In this document: positions 35,438 through 44,768 of the stretch, in pieces | Numbering within the stretch: the stretch's first letter is position 1 | Layout: every line of letters begins with the position of its first letter | Virus record (IMG/VR): IMGVR_UViG_3300023106_000003 | Location: 1-59,336 of that record | DNA length: 59,336 nucleotides | Origin: a virus | Taxonomy: Duplodnaviria; Caudoviricetes | Direction: 5' to 3' (one strand) | Position numbers and translations under genes: made by a program | Notes under the pieces: generated by a model | The model's input: only the letters and a program-made list of their open reading frames with translations | Database searches by the model: none | Told to the model about the DNA's origin: nothing

Positions 35438-35895
35438 GATCTTCCTTCGTTTGGTGATGCACTAAATTGGACGCCAAGATTCGCGCCGAATGCCTCGATT
35501 GCTGTCATGTACTCCGCGAACCCTTTGACCGTCAACTGAGTGCTGCTGCCGACTAGTACGCGCTCGCCGCCGGGGTCGTATTCGTACTTGACGTAGCCTT
35601 CCTTGCAAAGCGCTTCATCGAATTCTTCAGGCAGAAACTCGCGCTTGAAAAAATAATGCCAGACCTCGGCGCTGTGTTGCTTGCCTTCAATCCACGCTTG
35701 TGACGAAATATCTTTGAGCGGGCCAGCCCACATGCGGGCGTTAGCATCTAGGCCACGTACTTTAACGGCTTCCCGTATCAGCACTTGCAGCGGCTTCTCG
35801 GCGTCGATCGGCAAATTCCTGATGGCGTTTAGCAGCGTCTCGCGGACTTGCTCGGAGCTAACCAGAAACGGGCGAGTGGCGTACTTGGCGCGCAT
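35434..35895 (-). CDS. ninB: NinB/Orf recombination protein
   Basis: R...ANARMWA..LKDISSQ...WH..FK...GSSTQLTVKGFAEYMTAIEAFGA.LGVQF. Confidence 0.85.
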   Translation of the reverse strand: MRAKYATRPFLVSSEQVRETLLNAIRNLPIDAEKPLQVLIREAVKVRGLDANARMWAGPLKDISSQAWIEGKQHSAEVWHYFFKREFLPEEFDEALCKEGYVKYEYDPGGERVLVGSSTQLTVKGFAEYMTAIEAFGANLGVQFSASPNEGRS

Positions 35896-35897
35896 AC

Positions 35898-36125
35898 CTA
35901 CTCCGCAACCGGGTCCAGTTTGTCGATGCGGGCAATCGTCCAGCCTGTGACGCGCATGATGCGAATTTTGGTCGAGTCGCTGACTGGCATATTGGCGCGG
36001 TACTTGCAGACGGCAGCAGGCTGCACGCCGATGAAGCGTGCTACCTGCGCATCGTTTTTCAAGTTGAACTCTTCGGCCAATGTATCCAGCAACGTATGCT
36101 TACGTGGCGATGGTTTATTACTCAT
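35898..36125 (-). CDS. Cro-like HTH regulator
   Basis: LKNDAQVARFIGVQPAAVCKYRAN; first gene of the leftward arm; RBS aaggag. Confidence 0.75.
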   Translation of the reverse strand: MSNKPSPRKHTLLDTLAEEFNLKNDAQVARFIGVQPAAVCKYRANMPVSDSTKIRIMRVTGWTIARIDKLDPVAE

Positions 36126-36170
36126 GTGGTAACTCCTTATTTGAACGAAGCCAAGCGGCTACTGATGCTC

Positions 36171-36199
36171 ATCCTACACAGCAATGCGGTACCTTGCAA
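36171..36199 (-). promoter_or_regulatory. Leftward early promoter within the AT-rich divergent control region (36126-36321)
   Basis: Minus strand TTGCAA-17 nt-TAGGAT; a plus-strand TTGACT at 36246 is a candidate rightward -35. Confidence 0.55.
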
Positions 36200-36321
36200 G
36201 TATTATTGTTGAGTGTATATTTCTCGCTACGATATAAATACTTGTTGACTTGGATTCATTGTGCATGCGATTATTTGTCCGTGGCACCGCATCCGCGATG
36301 CTGAATAAATAGGAGCAAGGA

Positions 36322-36726
36322 ATGAGCCATTACTATCTGTACGACAAGCAAAAGGAATTCGCCGCGCTGCTTGGCGAAACACTCGTTTCCGTTACTGGTG
36401 AGGCTGGAAGCGATGAAATGCGCTTCGTTACCGAGTCCGGAAAGACGTACGTCCTGTACCACTCGCAAGACTGCTGTGAGTCGGTCAGCATCGATTCTAT
36501 CGTCGGTGATCTGCAAGACCTGATCGGCAACCCCTTGCTGATGGCGGAGGAAGTCAGTAGCGGTGACCGCCCTGCCGATGTGCCTGTTCCTCAGTACGTC
36601 GAGTCCGAAACTTGGACGTTCTACAAGCTGGCTACGGTCAAGGGTTACGTGGATATCCGCTGGCATGGCGAAAGCAACGGCTACTACAGCGAGTCAGTCT
36701 ATTTCGCGTTGGAAAGCGAAGCATGA
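36322..36726 (+). CDS. Conserved hypothetical phage protein
   Basis: YHSQDCCESV..I..GDL..LIG.P...AEE...TWTFYKLATVKGYVDIRWHGESNGYYSE, a family widespread in phages. Confidence 0.8.
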   Translation: MSHYYLYDKQKEFAALLGETLVSVTGEAGSDEMRFVTESGKTYVLYHSQDCCESVSIDSIVGDLQDLIGNPLLMAEEVSSGDRPADVPVPQYVESETWTFYKLATVKGYVDIRWHGESNGYYSESVYFALESEA

Positions 36727-36983
36727 CCACCCCGCGCCAATACCGCTTGCGGACCGCGAGCAACTTCAGCCGCTGGGCTTGGTTCATCCTGCTTGCTGTC
36801 ATCGTGGCGTTTAGCGCGACGATGCTGACCGGCTGCAATAGCCCCGCCGCTACCAGCACCGGAGCCACTTGGGAGCCAAGTGTATGGCGGGATACGGAGA
36901 CAGGCTGCGAATACCTGTCTCCGCGTGACGCCAGAGCGATCACCCCGCGCATGGACCGCGCCGGAAAACAAATTTGCAAATAA
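36723..36983 (+). CDS. Small lipoprotein
   Basis: Hydrophobic stretch plus LTGC lipobox; DTETGCEYL...ITPRMD.GKQIC. Confidence 0.7.
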   Translation: MTTPRQYRLRTASNFSRWAWFILLAVIVAFSATMLTGCNSPAATSTGATWEPSVWRDTETGCEYLSPRDARAITPRMDRAGKQICK

Positions 36984-37015
36984 CGCTGGACTCTCTCCAG
37001 CACAAAGGAAATGAC

Positions 37016-37477
37016 ATGAGCAGATCAGGATATAACGAAGATGGCGACAACGACAACTGGGCATTCATTTGCTACCGTGGCGCTGTCACTTCAGCCATCA
37101 AGGGAAAGCGCGGCCAAGCATTCTTGCGCGAGGCTCTGGCGACTATGGACGCCATGCCAGTCAAGGAGCTTATCGCAAGCGAGCTAGAGCAATCCGGCAA
37201 GTTCTGTACGCTTGGAGCGGTCGGCCATGCTCGGGGAATCGATATGTCGGAGATGGACACGACGAACTGGTTGGAGCTTTCCAGAACCTTCAATATCGCT
37301 GAAGTTTTGGCCCGCGAAATCATGTACATGAACGACGAAGGCGTAGGGGGGTTCCAATGGGACTTGGTAAATGGGCGTCATGCGCGATCCAGCGTCACAA
37401 ATGTTCCAGCACGGCGCTGGGAGTATGTACGGAAATGGATAGCAGCTCAGATCATTGGTGACGAGGTGCCATCGTGA
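37016..37477 (+). CDS. Conserved hypothetical phage protein
   Basis: MSRSGY.ED...RGAV.SAIKGKRGQAFLRE...CTLGAVG. Confidence 0.75.
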   Translation: MSRSGYNEDGDNDNWAFICYRGAVTSAIKGKRGQAFLREALATMDAMPVKELIASELEQSGKFCTLGAVGHARGIDMSEMDTTNWLELSRTFNIAEVLAREIMYMNDEGVGGFQWDLVNGRHARSSVTNVPARRWEYVRKWIAAQIIGDEVPS

Positions 37478-38280
37478 CCGCCTCGACCGTAACGCCGTGG
37501 GAGGATCGCTTGGCCGAGCTGATGGCCGAGTTTGAAAAAGACCCAGGCAAGCGCACGCTGCTGGAATACGGCGGCCTGAAGGCTAGGGCTGTAGCCGCTG
37601 AAATCGCCGAGTGGCGCGCTCTGGCTGCGCAGCATGTGGCAGAGGGCGTGCTGCGCGATGGGGCCGTGAAATACGGTTGCCACATCGACTTACCTGAAGG
37701 CGAGTACGACGCTTGCGTGCTGGATGAGGGCGACCCTGAAAACTGCGTGTACGCCAGCCGATACGGCGAAGAAGGCCGGAAGAAATGCGGAGAATGGAAG
37801 CCTGTAAAAGTTGTCGCTGCCCCAGTAGCTGCACAGCCAGTAGGCGCAGTGAGTGATGCGCTGTTTCGCAGCCGCACCGCCGATCTGCTGCACCTTACGC
37901 AGCATTACCCGAACATCAGCGAAGGCGACGAGCGCGAGGCGCAGAAAGCAATCGCCGACTTGAATCTCTATCTCGCTGCTTCCGTTGCGGTCAGCGCTGC
38001 GCCTTCTGGCGAGGTGGAGCGCGATGCAGCACAGTCCCTTGACTCACTTCGTATTCAGGTTTATGCGCAAGGTATGCGTCTAGAGGACGATGTACTTGAC
38101 CCTGAAGAAATCGCATCCATCGGGGCGCAATTGCGTAAGCTGACGCAGATATGCGATTACTGCCACGGCAGCGGCGAAGATGGCGACGATGCGGACGCCA
38201 ATGGCGAGGGCGGTTGGTCTGGCCGCTGCTACAAATGCGGCGGTTCGGGTCTCGCCGCCATTACCGCAACCAAGGAATAA
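37474..38280 (+). CDS. Mosaic accessory protein with C-terminal DnaJ-type zinc finger
   Basis: Cys-rich internal module; CDYCHGSG...CYKCGGSG. Confidence 0.65.
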   Translation: MTASTVTPWEDRLAELMAEFEKDPGKRTLLEYGGLKARAVAAEIAEWRALAAQHVAEGVLRDGAVKYGCHIDLPEGEYDACVLDEGDPENCVYASRYGEEGRKKCGEWKPVKVVAAPVAAQPVGAVSDALFRSRTADLLHLTQHYPNISEGDEREAQKAIADLNLYLAASVAVSAAPSGEVERDAAQSLDSLRIQVYAQGMRLEDDVLDPEEIASIGAQLRKLTQICDYCHGSGEDGDDADANGEGGWSGRCYKCGGSGLAAITATKE

Positions 38281-38283
38281 ACC

Positions 38284-38916
38284 ATGACCAACAAAGCAAT
38301 CGAAGCGCTGAAGCTGGCGCAAAACCAACTCGGAGCTGACCGGTTCGGATGCGAGCCTGAATTTGACCGCCCTCTGTGGGACAAGTATCAGACCGCAATC
38401 GAATCCCTCGCCGCTCCCTCAGTCGCCAACAGTGCGGCAGCCGGGGAACGGGAGAAGTTTGAGGCTTATTACCGGGCGCGCAACTTTATCCCGGAATATG
38501 TGAGCTTCAGCAGCTTGCACGAATCGTTGGTCGGCGAAGCTTGGGAAAGCTGGCAAGCCGCCATCGCTGCCCTGCCTAAGTCAGTAGTGGCGATGACGAA
38601 TAAAGTTGGTGTGTGGCGCGGCAGCATTGCGCAGATTGTTGTGGATACGCCGCTGCCTACTGGGAAAGAATCATTCCAGCATGGTTTTGTATCGGCTAAG
38701 GAGCAGATCATGGGCCGCCTGCGCGAAGCTGGACTACTCGCCGCTTCCGGGCCTGATGCTAAGCTGGTGGAGGCGCTGCAACAGGTGATGCGTCCATACG
38801 GCGTCTACGACGTGGCAGTGTCCAATGCTGGCGGGCTGCAAGACGACTTCATGGCGGTCGGTAAGCAAATCCGCGCCGCTCTGGCAGCTCATGCTGGGCA
38901 AGGAGCGAAGACATGA
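38284..38916 (+). CDS. Mosaic accessory protein
   Basis: EREKFEA...AWESWQAA module; RBS aagga. Confidence 0.65.
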   Translation: MTNKAIEALKLAQNQLGADRFGCEPEFDRPLWDKYQTAIESLAAPSVANSAAAGEREKFEAYYRARNFIPEYVSFSSLHESLVGEAWESWQAAIAALPKSVVAMTNKVGVWRGSIAQIVVDTPLPTGKESFQHGFVSAKEQIMGRLREAGLLAASGPDAKLVEALQQVMRPYGVYDVAVSNAGGLQDDFMAVGKQIRAALAAHAGQGAKT

Positions 38917-39332
38917 GCGCTGACCGCGAACTGTTGGAGTTGGCAATACAAGCAACCAATCGACCGTATCACTGGGATGGCGACGTAATAGTACTAGATG
39001 AGCCATATCGCGGAGAATGTAGTTCATGGAACCCGTTGACCGACGATGGCGACGCGCTGCGGCTGGCGGTAGCACTCAACATGGATATCGGCCAAGGCTA
39101 CGAGATGGCCTTCGCAAATACCACTTTGCTTGCTGCCCCCGATCAGGAGTATTGCGAAAAAACTGACAAGATCATTGATCGCGTTCGACTACCGGGTGAG
39201 CGCACCGAAAACATCCACGTTGAAGCCAGCGAGGAATACGCAGCTCACTGCGGAGATAAGATGGCGGCCACGCGCCGCGCAATCCTGTGCGCTGCTGCTG
39301 ATGTTGGAAGGGCCATGCCATGCGCATCGTAG
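38913..39332 (+). CDS. Conserved phage protein (paralog of 28083-28430)
   Basis: DRELLELA...WNPLTDDGDALRLAVAL...TRRAILCAAADVG. Confidence 0.7.
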   Translation: MSADRELLELAIQATNRPYHWDGDVIVLDEPYRGECSSWNPLTDDGDALRLAVALNMDIGQGYEMAFANTTLLAAPDQEYCEKTDKIIDRVRLPGERTENIHVEASEEYAAHCGDKMAATRRAILCAAADVGRAMPCAS

Positions 39333-39523
39333 ACGATTGCCCAACCAGCCAGGAGCCGGTGACAGCGGCAGAGCGGCGCGACCTGGCCGATGAGCGCGAG
39401 GCCGAGGAATACGCGGCGATGTACGAGACTGTTCGGCAAGAGCGCCAGGCGGCCGGCAAAGCTGACTCGCCGATTATCATCTGTGCAGAAGCGGCGAAAA
39501 GATTGCGTGCTGCCGCGAAATAG
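39320..39523 (+). CDS. Hypothetical protein
   Basis: 67-aa ORF ending before a promoter. Confidence 0.45.
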   Translation: MRIVDDCPTSQEPVTAAERRDLADEREAEEYAAMYETVRQERQAAGKADSPIIICAEAAKRLRAAAK

Positions 39524-39524
39524 C

Positions 39525-39553
39525 TTGCAAGAAATCATGCCTGTTGGTACGCT
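39525..39553 (+). promoter_or_regulatory. Promoter for the recombination operon
   Basis: TTGCAA-17 nt-TACGCT with extended TG. Confidence 0.55.
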
Positions 39554-39564
39554 ATTGATTCGGC

Positions 39565-39667
39565 TTGGTAACCGAACAAAAATCAGTGGAGCTGCAATTG
39601 CGACCTGGCGGGAACTGATTCCCGTTTTACCAACCCGGAAACGGGAGGTCGCAATTGCAGCTTTTTT
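39565..39667 (+). ncRNA. C4-type antisense RNA/terminator element with a1/b1-like sites, preceding erf
   Basis: Perfect 17-bp stem 39590-39606/39646-39662 plus T-tract; hairpin cccg-GAAA-cggg. ACTGATT and TTACCAA are complementary to upstream AATCAGT (39581-39587) and TTGGTAA (39565-39571). Confidence 0.7.
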
Positions 39668-39681
39668 ATTGGGGAATCGAA

Positions 39682-40491
39682 ATGAACGATATTGTAGAAA
39701 TGCCGCAAGACAAGCCGCGCGCTCTGGTTGCCGCGACTCCTGCCACGCCGGCAGACATGGTGATCTACGCCATGCAGAACGGTGGGACCATCGAGCAAGT
39801 GCGCGAAATGATGCAACTACAGCGCGAGTGGGAAGCCGACCAAGCGCGCAAGGCGTATGTGTCCGACATGGCCGATTTCAAGAAGAACCCGCCTGAAATC
39901 ATCAAGGACAAGCAGGTAGCGTTCAGCGGCACGCAGTACATGCATGCGACGCTGGGCGCGGTCACGGAAGCTATCGTGGTAGGGCTGGCGCGTCACGGCT
40001 TCAGCCACCGCTGGGACACCGCGCAGAACGGCGGCGTTATCGAGGTGACGTGCATCCTGACTCACAAGCTGGGCCACAGCGAGCGAACCACGTTGACCGG
40101 CGCTAAGGACGAGAGCGGCAAGAAGAACCAGATTCAACAGGTCGCGTCGACTATCACCTACCTCCAGCGCTATACCCTGCTGGCGGCTACCGGTGTGGCT
40201 ACCAAGGACCAAGCGGACGACGATGGGCGCGGCGCAGAATTGGACACGCGCCTTGCCGATCATTGGATCGCCACGGCTAACGCTGCGCCGAACCTGAAAG
40301 ACTTGGAGCGCGTCTGGTCGCTTGGTGTGGCAGCGATTCAATCGGCCGGCGATCAGCACGCCTACAAGGAATTCAAGGCGGCGGTATCAGCGTGCAAAGC
40401 CAAATTTCCAGCGCCTGAGCCGGAACCTAATCCAGCCAAGGAACTGGCCGACGAAGAAAAAGACTTGCAACGCACTGGCGGTGCAGCATGA
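39682..40491 (+). CDS. erf: ERF-family ssDNA annealing protein
   Basis: Y.HATL..V...I...LARHGFS..W...VTCILTHKLGHSE...Q..ASTITYLQRYTL.A.TG.A...DDDG. Confidence 0.85.
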   Translation: MNDIVEMPQDKPRALVAATPATPADMVIYAMQNGGTIEQVREMMQLQREWEADQARKAYVSDMADFKKNPPEIIKDKQVAFSGTQYMHATLGAVTEAIVVGLARHGFSHRWDTAQNGGVIEVTCILTHKLGHSERTTLTGAKDESGKKNQIQQVASTITYLQRYTLLAATGVATKDQADDDGRGAELDTRLADHWIATANAAPNLKDLERVWSLGVAAIQSAGDQHAYKEFKAAVSACKAKFPAPEPEPNPAKELADEEKDLQRTGGAA

Positions 40492-41138
40492 TCCGGAACT
40501 TTACCGTGGTTGATGCCCCTCAGCGATCGCCGGAATGGTTTTCTTCCAGGCTTGGCCGGGTTACTGGAAGCAAGGCGAAGTGCGTCATGATGGGCGCTAT
40601 TACGGCCGGCCGAAATGATTACATTTTGCAGCTTGCACTGGAGCGCTTGACTGGCGTCCCTGAAGAATTGGGCTTCGTAAGCAAGGAAATGCAGCGCGGC
40701 GTAGATCTTGAGCCATTTGCGCGGATGAAAGCCGAGAGCTTCGGCCCGATGATCCGCGAGACTGGTTTCTGCCGGCATGACCGGCTTATGATCGGCGCAT
40801 CGTTGGATGGCGACTCAGAAGACTTTCGCCGTATATGGGAATTCAAGGCTCCGAAGTCCACCACGCATGTGAAGTACCTGCGTAGCGGCGGAGATGATCT
40901 GGTGGAAGAATACCGCTGCCAGTTGATGCACAACGCTTATGTAACTGGTGCTGAATTCGTGGTGGCCGGCAGCTTTGATGATCGCCTCCCATCGCCGCTT
41001 GATTGGGTGCAAAAAGAAGTTGCTGTAAAAGACCTTCCAATGGGCGAATATGAAACCGCCCTTATCTGCTTCCTAGTTGAAGTGGACCGCCTGGAACTGG
41101 AACTCAAAGAAATGATGACCGAAGCTAAGGGGAAATAA
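40488..41138 (+). CDS. YqaJ/lambda-Exo-like exonuclease
   Basis: QRSPEWFSSRLGRVTGS, MQRGVDLEPFAR, GASLDG, EFKAP, YRCQ. Confidence 0.9.
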   Translation: MIRNFTVVDAPQRSPEWFSSRLGRVTGSKAKCVMMGAITAGRNDYILQLALERLTGVPEELGFVSKEMQRGVDLEPFARMKAESFGPMIRETGFCRHDRLMIGASLDGDSEDFRRIWEFKAPKSTTHVKYLRSGGDDLVEEYRCQLMHNAYVTGAEFVVAGSFDDRLPSPLDWVQKEVAVKDLPMGEYETALICFLVEVDRLELELKEMMTEAKGK

Positions 41139-41139
41139 C

Positions 41140-42255
41140 ATGGAACTGATCGACAAACAAGAATCAGCAGTTGCCGCATACGAGCCATTCTATGCTGAAC
41201 TGGCTAAGCTGGAATCCGACAACGCCGCGCTGGTGTTCAACTACGAAACGCCCAAGGGCAACAAGGAAGCGCGCAGCCACGTTTTCAGCTTGCGCAAGAC
41301 CAAGGGTGCCCTTGAGCGAGTCCGCAAGGAGGCCAAGGCTGAGGCGCTGCGCATCGGCCGCGCTGTGGACTCGGAAGCGAACGCCATCGAATCGCGCATC
41401 GAAGCCATGATCACCGTCCACCAAACGGAAATCGACAAGATCGAGCAGCGCGAGAAAGATCGCGTTGCGGCACTGAATGCGCGCATGGCGGCTTTCCCTG
41501 GCGCTGTCTGTAATACCGTCGAAGAAGTGAAAGCCGAAATCGAGCGTGTTACCGCAATCGAAGTTGGTCCGGACTGGCAAGAATTCATGGCTGATGCCAC
41601 TCAAGAAAAGGCGCATACGCTTGAAGGCTTATCCTTGCGCCTAGCCGATCTGGTCAAGCGCGACGAAGAAGCTGCCGAACTGGCCCGCCTACGCGCCGAA
41701 ACCATCGCCCGAGAACAGGCTGATCGCGACGCGGCGATTGCACGGGCCGCTGCCGAGAAGGCGCAGCAAGAAGCCGAAGCCAAGGCGGCAGCAGAGAAGG
41801 CCAAGGCACAGGCTGAGCTGGATGCGGCGAAGGCAGAAGCAGAACGCAAAGAAGCTGCCGCCGCGCTGGCTCTGAAGCAAGAGCGTGAGCGCGCTTTGGC
41901 TGAACAGGAGGCAGCAGCGCGCCGCGAAATGCAACTTAAGCTTGACGCGGAACAGGCCGACCAACGCCGGATCGCTGCCGAACAGCGCGCCGAGCAGGAT
42001 CGTAAAGACGCCATCGCTCGCGCCGAGAAGCAAGCCGCCGATGCCGTCCAGGCTGAGCAGGAGCGCGTTGCAGCCGCTGCGCGTGCCGAAGCTGCGGAGA
42101 CGGCCAAGCGCGAGCGCAATCGTGCCCACAAGGCCGCTATCAACCGTGCAGCGATGGATTCGCTTATCGCTGCCGGCGTGCCGGAAGAATGCGCGAAGCA
42201 GGTTGTAACGCTGATCGCCCAAGGTAAGGTAGAGAACGTCAGCATCGCTTACTGA
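41140..42255 (+). CDS. Long coiled-coil phage protein
   Basis: TPKGNKEARS..LRKTK..LERVRKE N-terminus, Ala/Glu/Arg helix, HKAAINRAA...IAQGKV.NVSIAY C-terminus. Confidence 0.75.
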   Translation: MELIDKQESAVAAYEPFYAELAKLESDNAALVFNYETPKGNKEARSHVFSLRKTKGALERVRKEAKAEALRIGRAVDSEANAIESRIEAMITVHQTEIDKIEQREKDRVAALNARMAAFPGAVCNTVEEVKAEIERVTAIEVGPDWQEFMADATQEKAHTLEGLSLRLADLVKRDEEAAELARLRAETIAREQADRDAAIARAAAEKAQQEAEAKAAAEKAKAQAELDAAKAEAERKEAAAALALKQERERALAEQEAAARREMQLKLDAEQADQRRIAAEQRAEQDRKDAIARAEKQAADAVQAEQERVAAAARAEAAETAKRERNRAHKAAINRAAMDSLIAAGVPEECAKQVVTLIAQGKVENVSIAY

Positions 42256-42256
42256 C

Positions 42257-42469
42257 ATGAAGCCAGCCGACACACAAGTGACCACAGCACCGGGCAAGTC
42301 TTGCCGGGGTTGTATCTGGGAGTACGAACACTCCAGCGTCTGCCACGAGGTTGCGCGTGTTGCTCGGCTCGCCAATTTACCGGATTGCGAGTATTCCAAT
42401 CTGATCTACGTACTCAAGCCTGTCGACGATCGGCAGCTTGAATTAATCGAACAAGGGGAAATGAAATGA
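42257..42469 (+). CDS. Small Cys-rich protein
   Basis: SCRGCIW..C..C. Confidence 0.55.
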   Translation: MKPADTQVTTAPGKSCRGCIWEYEHSSVCHEVARVARLANLPDCEYSNLIYVLKPVDDRQLELIEQGEMK

Positions 42470-42792
42470 ATACTCAACATACACCGGGGCCATGGAAAGT
42501 AAATTCGGCCGGCAGTGCAAAGGCAGGTCAGCCATTTGCGATTACGGAGATTTACGTATATGCGCCTCACGTTCAGGACGATACCGCTATCTGCGCCGAC
42601 ATCATCGACCCGGTTACGCAAGCACCTAGCGAGGCCAATGCTCGCCTGATAGCTGCTGCGCCTGAGATGCTGGACGCATTGCAAATGATCGAAAAATATG
42701 CGGCTGAAGGTGGATCTGCAAGTACTGGGCCCGCTGGATGGATGGGTACTGTCGCACGAGTTGCAATCGCTAAAGCCATGGGTGCAGTATGA
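42466..42792 (+). CDS. Conserved phage protein
   Basis: HTPGPW...ANARLIAAAPEMLDAL...AIAKA family. Confidence 0.75.
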   Translation: MNTQHTPGPWKVNSAGSAKAGQPFAITEIYVYAPHVQDDTAICADIIDPVTQAPSEANARLIAAAPEMLDALQMIEKYAAEGGSASTGPAGWMGTVARVAIAKAMGAV

Positions 42793-42956
42793 CCAATTCC
42801 ACCAAAATCGCCGACGCGCTTATCGCGCACTCACGCGGCATCTTAACCCGCCCGCAGAAGGAAGCATCCGACACGCTGACGTTCGCCGTGCCGCATGTGA
42901 TGACGCAGGAAAAATACCGCGCGCTGGCCGGCGCTAAACCACAGGGAGCGAAGTGA
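42789..42956 (+). CDS. 55-aa hypothetical protein (not in ORF track)
   Basis: MTNSTKIADALIAHSRG...PQGAK fills the gap with 4-nt overlaps at both ends. Confidence 0.5.
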   Translation: MTNSTKIADALIAHSRGILTRPQKEASDTLTFAVPHVMTQEKYRALAGAKPQGAK

Positions 42957-44032
42957 TGGATCTTGATAAATTGGAAGCACTGGCGCGTGCGGCTGGAAGT
43001 GACAAGTGGCATGTCTATTCGAATGGATCTGGCACAGGGAAACTGCATGATACCCATGTATGGGGCGGTGACGGCGATGCTGTTGCTCGTTGCTTCGGGA
43101 ACATCGGGCACATGCCTGAAGCGATCGAGGGGACCGATGTTTCTGCGTTCGTCGCCACCGCCAACCCAGCCGCGATACTGGAAATGTGCGCCCTGATCCG
43201 CAAGCAGGAAGCGGAGATAGTCGCACTCGGCAACCTGCATGTGGTGCAAGCTGCGGCCTCTGCGGTGATTCCCGCGCAAACGGGAACGGTGGATAGCATC
43301 GACCGACCAGAGCGCAGCGAAGATAGTTTCTACCATGCTGCATTGGACTATCGGGGTGCTGCCACTCCCTATGCCAGCGCAGCATTTAAGGCGCTAGTAA
43401 TGGTTGTTGATGCGCACGCCGCGCGGGCCGTGGCGGCAGCGGACAAGGCCGCGCGCCAGAACGTCGCCCGAGCGCTTGACTTGGGAGTGAGTCAGTCGAG
43501 CAGCTTTGCATGGGGCTACCTGCTTGGCCTCGTAAAGGAATGCGTTGCTGAAGATTCCGCCCCGCAGCAGCAAGCGCCAGCCCGCGACCTCGGCATCGAA
43601 GCGGCGATCATGGGCGAGGTGCTGGGGGGGAGTGAGGCGCAATGCACGATGGAGGCGCTGGCGAAGATGCTGGTCGAGCACATCGCGAAGGGCGACCCTG
43701 TGGACATCGCCAACTTCGCCATGATGCTGCACCAGCGGGAAGCGGCGAGCATGGAGCATCACCCATGTTATGGCGGCGACGCTGCGCGAGCGTTGAAAGC
43801 TGCCGCTGGCGTGCCGCACATCGAGCGCGATGCTGCGCGGCTGGATTTCGTCCTCGATAATTGTGCCTTCATCTGCACTATTGATGAAGGCATGTATCAG
43901 CTCATGACTCAGGATGATGACGAGGACTATCACGTCATGTCTGGCGAGGGCGAGGCATTCAAGAGCAAGCGCGATGCCGTTGACACTGCGATGGAAGCTC
44001 AACAGGGCCAGAAAGCGCCGGGTGCAGCATGA
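42953..44032 (+). CDS. Ead/Ea22-like mosaic protein
   Basis: MDLDKLEALARAA...FVATANPAAILEM (Ead/Ea22-like), KGDPVDIANFAMMLHQR module, RDAARLDF module. Confidence 0.7.
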   Translation: MMDLDKLEALARAAGSDKWHVYSNGSGTGKLHDTHVWGGDGDAVARCFGNIGHMPEAIEGTDVSAFVATANPAAILEMCALIRKQEAEIVALGNLHVVQAAASAVIPAQTGTVDSIDRPERSEDSFYHAALDYRGAATPYASAAFKALVMVVDAHAARAVAAADKAARQNVARALDLGVSQSSSFAWGYLLGLVKECVAEDSAPQQQAPARDLGIEAAIMGEVLGGSEAQCTMEALAKMLVEHIAKGDPVDIANFAMMLHQREAASMEHHPCYGGDAARALKAAAGVPHIERDAARLDFVLDNCAFICTIDEGMYQLMTQDDDEDYHVMSGEGEAFKSKRDAVDTAMEAQQGQKAPGAA

Positions 44033-44223
44033 AATTATTCCTCAAACGGGTAATCAGGAGAATCGGAGTGGAGCTTCTCTGGTGTGCATGCTACGTTATT
44101 GCATATAACAAATGCAAAACTGACACTGAGAAAGCCAAGGCGATGACGGATTATCTGGTGGAGCGCCAGCGGATAATCAGCCTGATGGCGAAATACTACG
44201 AGACAGGCGGCGACCATGTTTAA
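44029..44223 (+). CDS. Hypothetical protein
   Basis: Coupled ORF. Confidence 0.5.
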   Translation: MKLFLKRVIRRIGVELLWCACYVIAYNKCKTDTEKAKAMTDYLVERQRIISLMAKYYETGGDHV

Positions 44224-44560
44224 GCCCATCCTCATAGCGGCGCTGTTTGCCCTCGCAGCGCCAGCCGACGCGCAGACCTTCACCGACAGCAACGGGGCAG
44301 CGTTCAGCACCAGCGATGCGCTGATGATCGAGGCGTTGCCGCAGTACGTCCACATCATCTATGCAGATGGCCGCGACGCCTATTACGAGGACGTCGGCGG
44401 GAAGCTACTGCCGGTGATCGTTGTGCTAGACCGAGGGTTTGCCAAGGTCGGAAAGCGCTGGGTGAAACAGGCCGGTTTGCGGGGCGTCCAGGCTTGCGCC
44501 GCGTACTGTGAGACTTGCTGCACGCCGCCGAAACTGGACCGCCAGAAAGGGGCGCCATGA
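44216..44560 (+). CDS. Putative exported protein
   Basis: MFKPILIAALFALAAPADA signal peptide. Confidence 0.55.
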   Translation: MFKPILIAALFALAAPADAQTFTDSNGAAFSTSDALMIEALPQYVHIIYADGRDAYYEDVGGKLLPVIVVLDRGFAKVGKRWVKQAGLRGVQACAAYCETCCTPPKLDRQKGAP

Positions 44561-44721
44561 AGTCATTGAAAAAGAAGCCCAAGCCCAGCACCCTCGGCCA
44601 GCAGATCCGCGACGCCAAGAAGGAATGGGCCAAGCTATCGCCAGAGCAGCGTGCCAGCGTGAAACTGGAGGGTTCCAGCGAGCCGACGCGTGGCTCTGCT
44701 GGTAGGAAAAATCCTCTGTAA
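44557..44721 (+). CDS. Small basic protein
   Basis: MKSLKKKPK start with ATGA overlap; ends before the terminator. Confidence 0.45.
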   Translation: MKSLKKKPKPSTLGQQIRDAKKEWAKLSPEQRASVKLEGSSEPTRGSAGRKNPL

Positions 44722-44737
44722 TCCCGCGCCACCAAAG

Positions 44738-44768
44738 AAAAAGCCCCGACCTGTGCCGGGGCTTTTTT
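44738..44768. terminator. Bidirectional intrinsic terminator
   Basis: aaaaagccccg-acctgtgc-cggggcttttt. Confidence 0.85.

Noticed and set aside
41140-42255. TolA or tape-measure protein
   Set aside because: The similarity is only low-complexity Ala/Glu/Lys/Arg coiled coil. There is no TM anchor, and the gene lies in the recombination operon.
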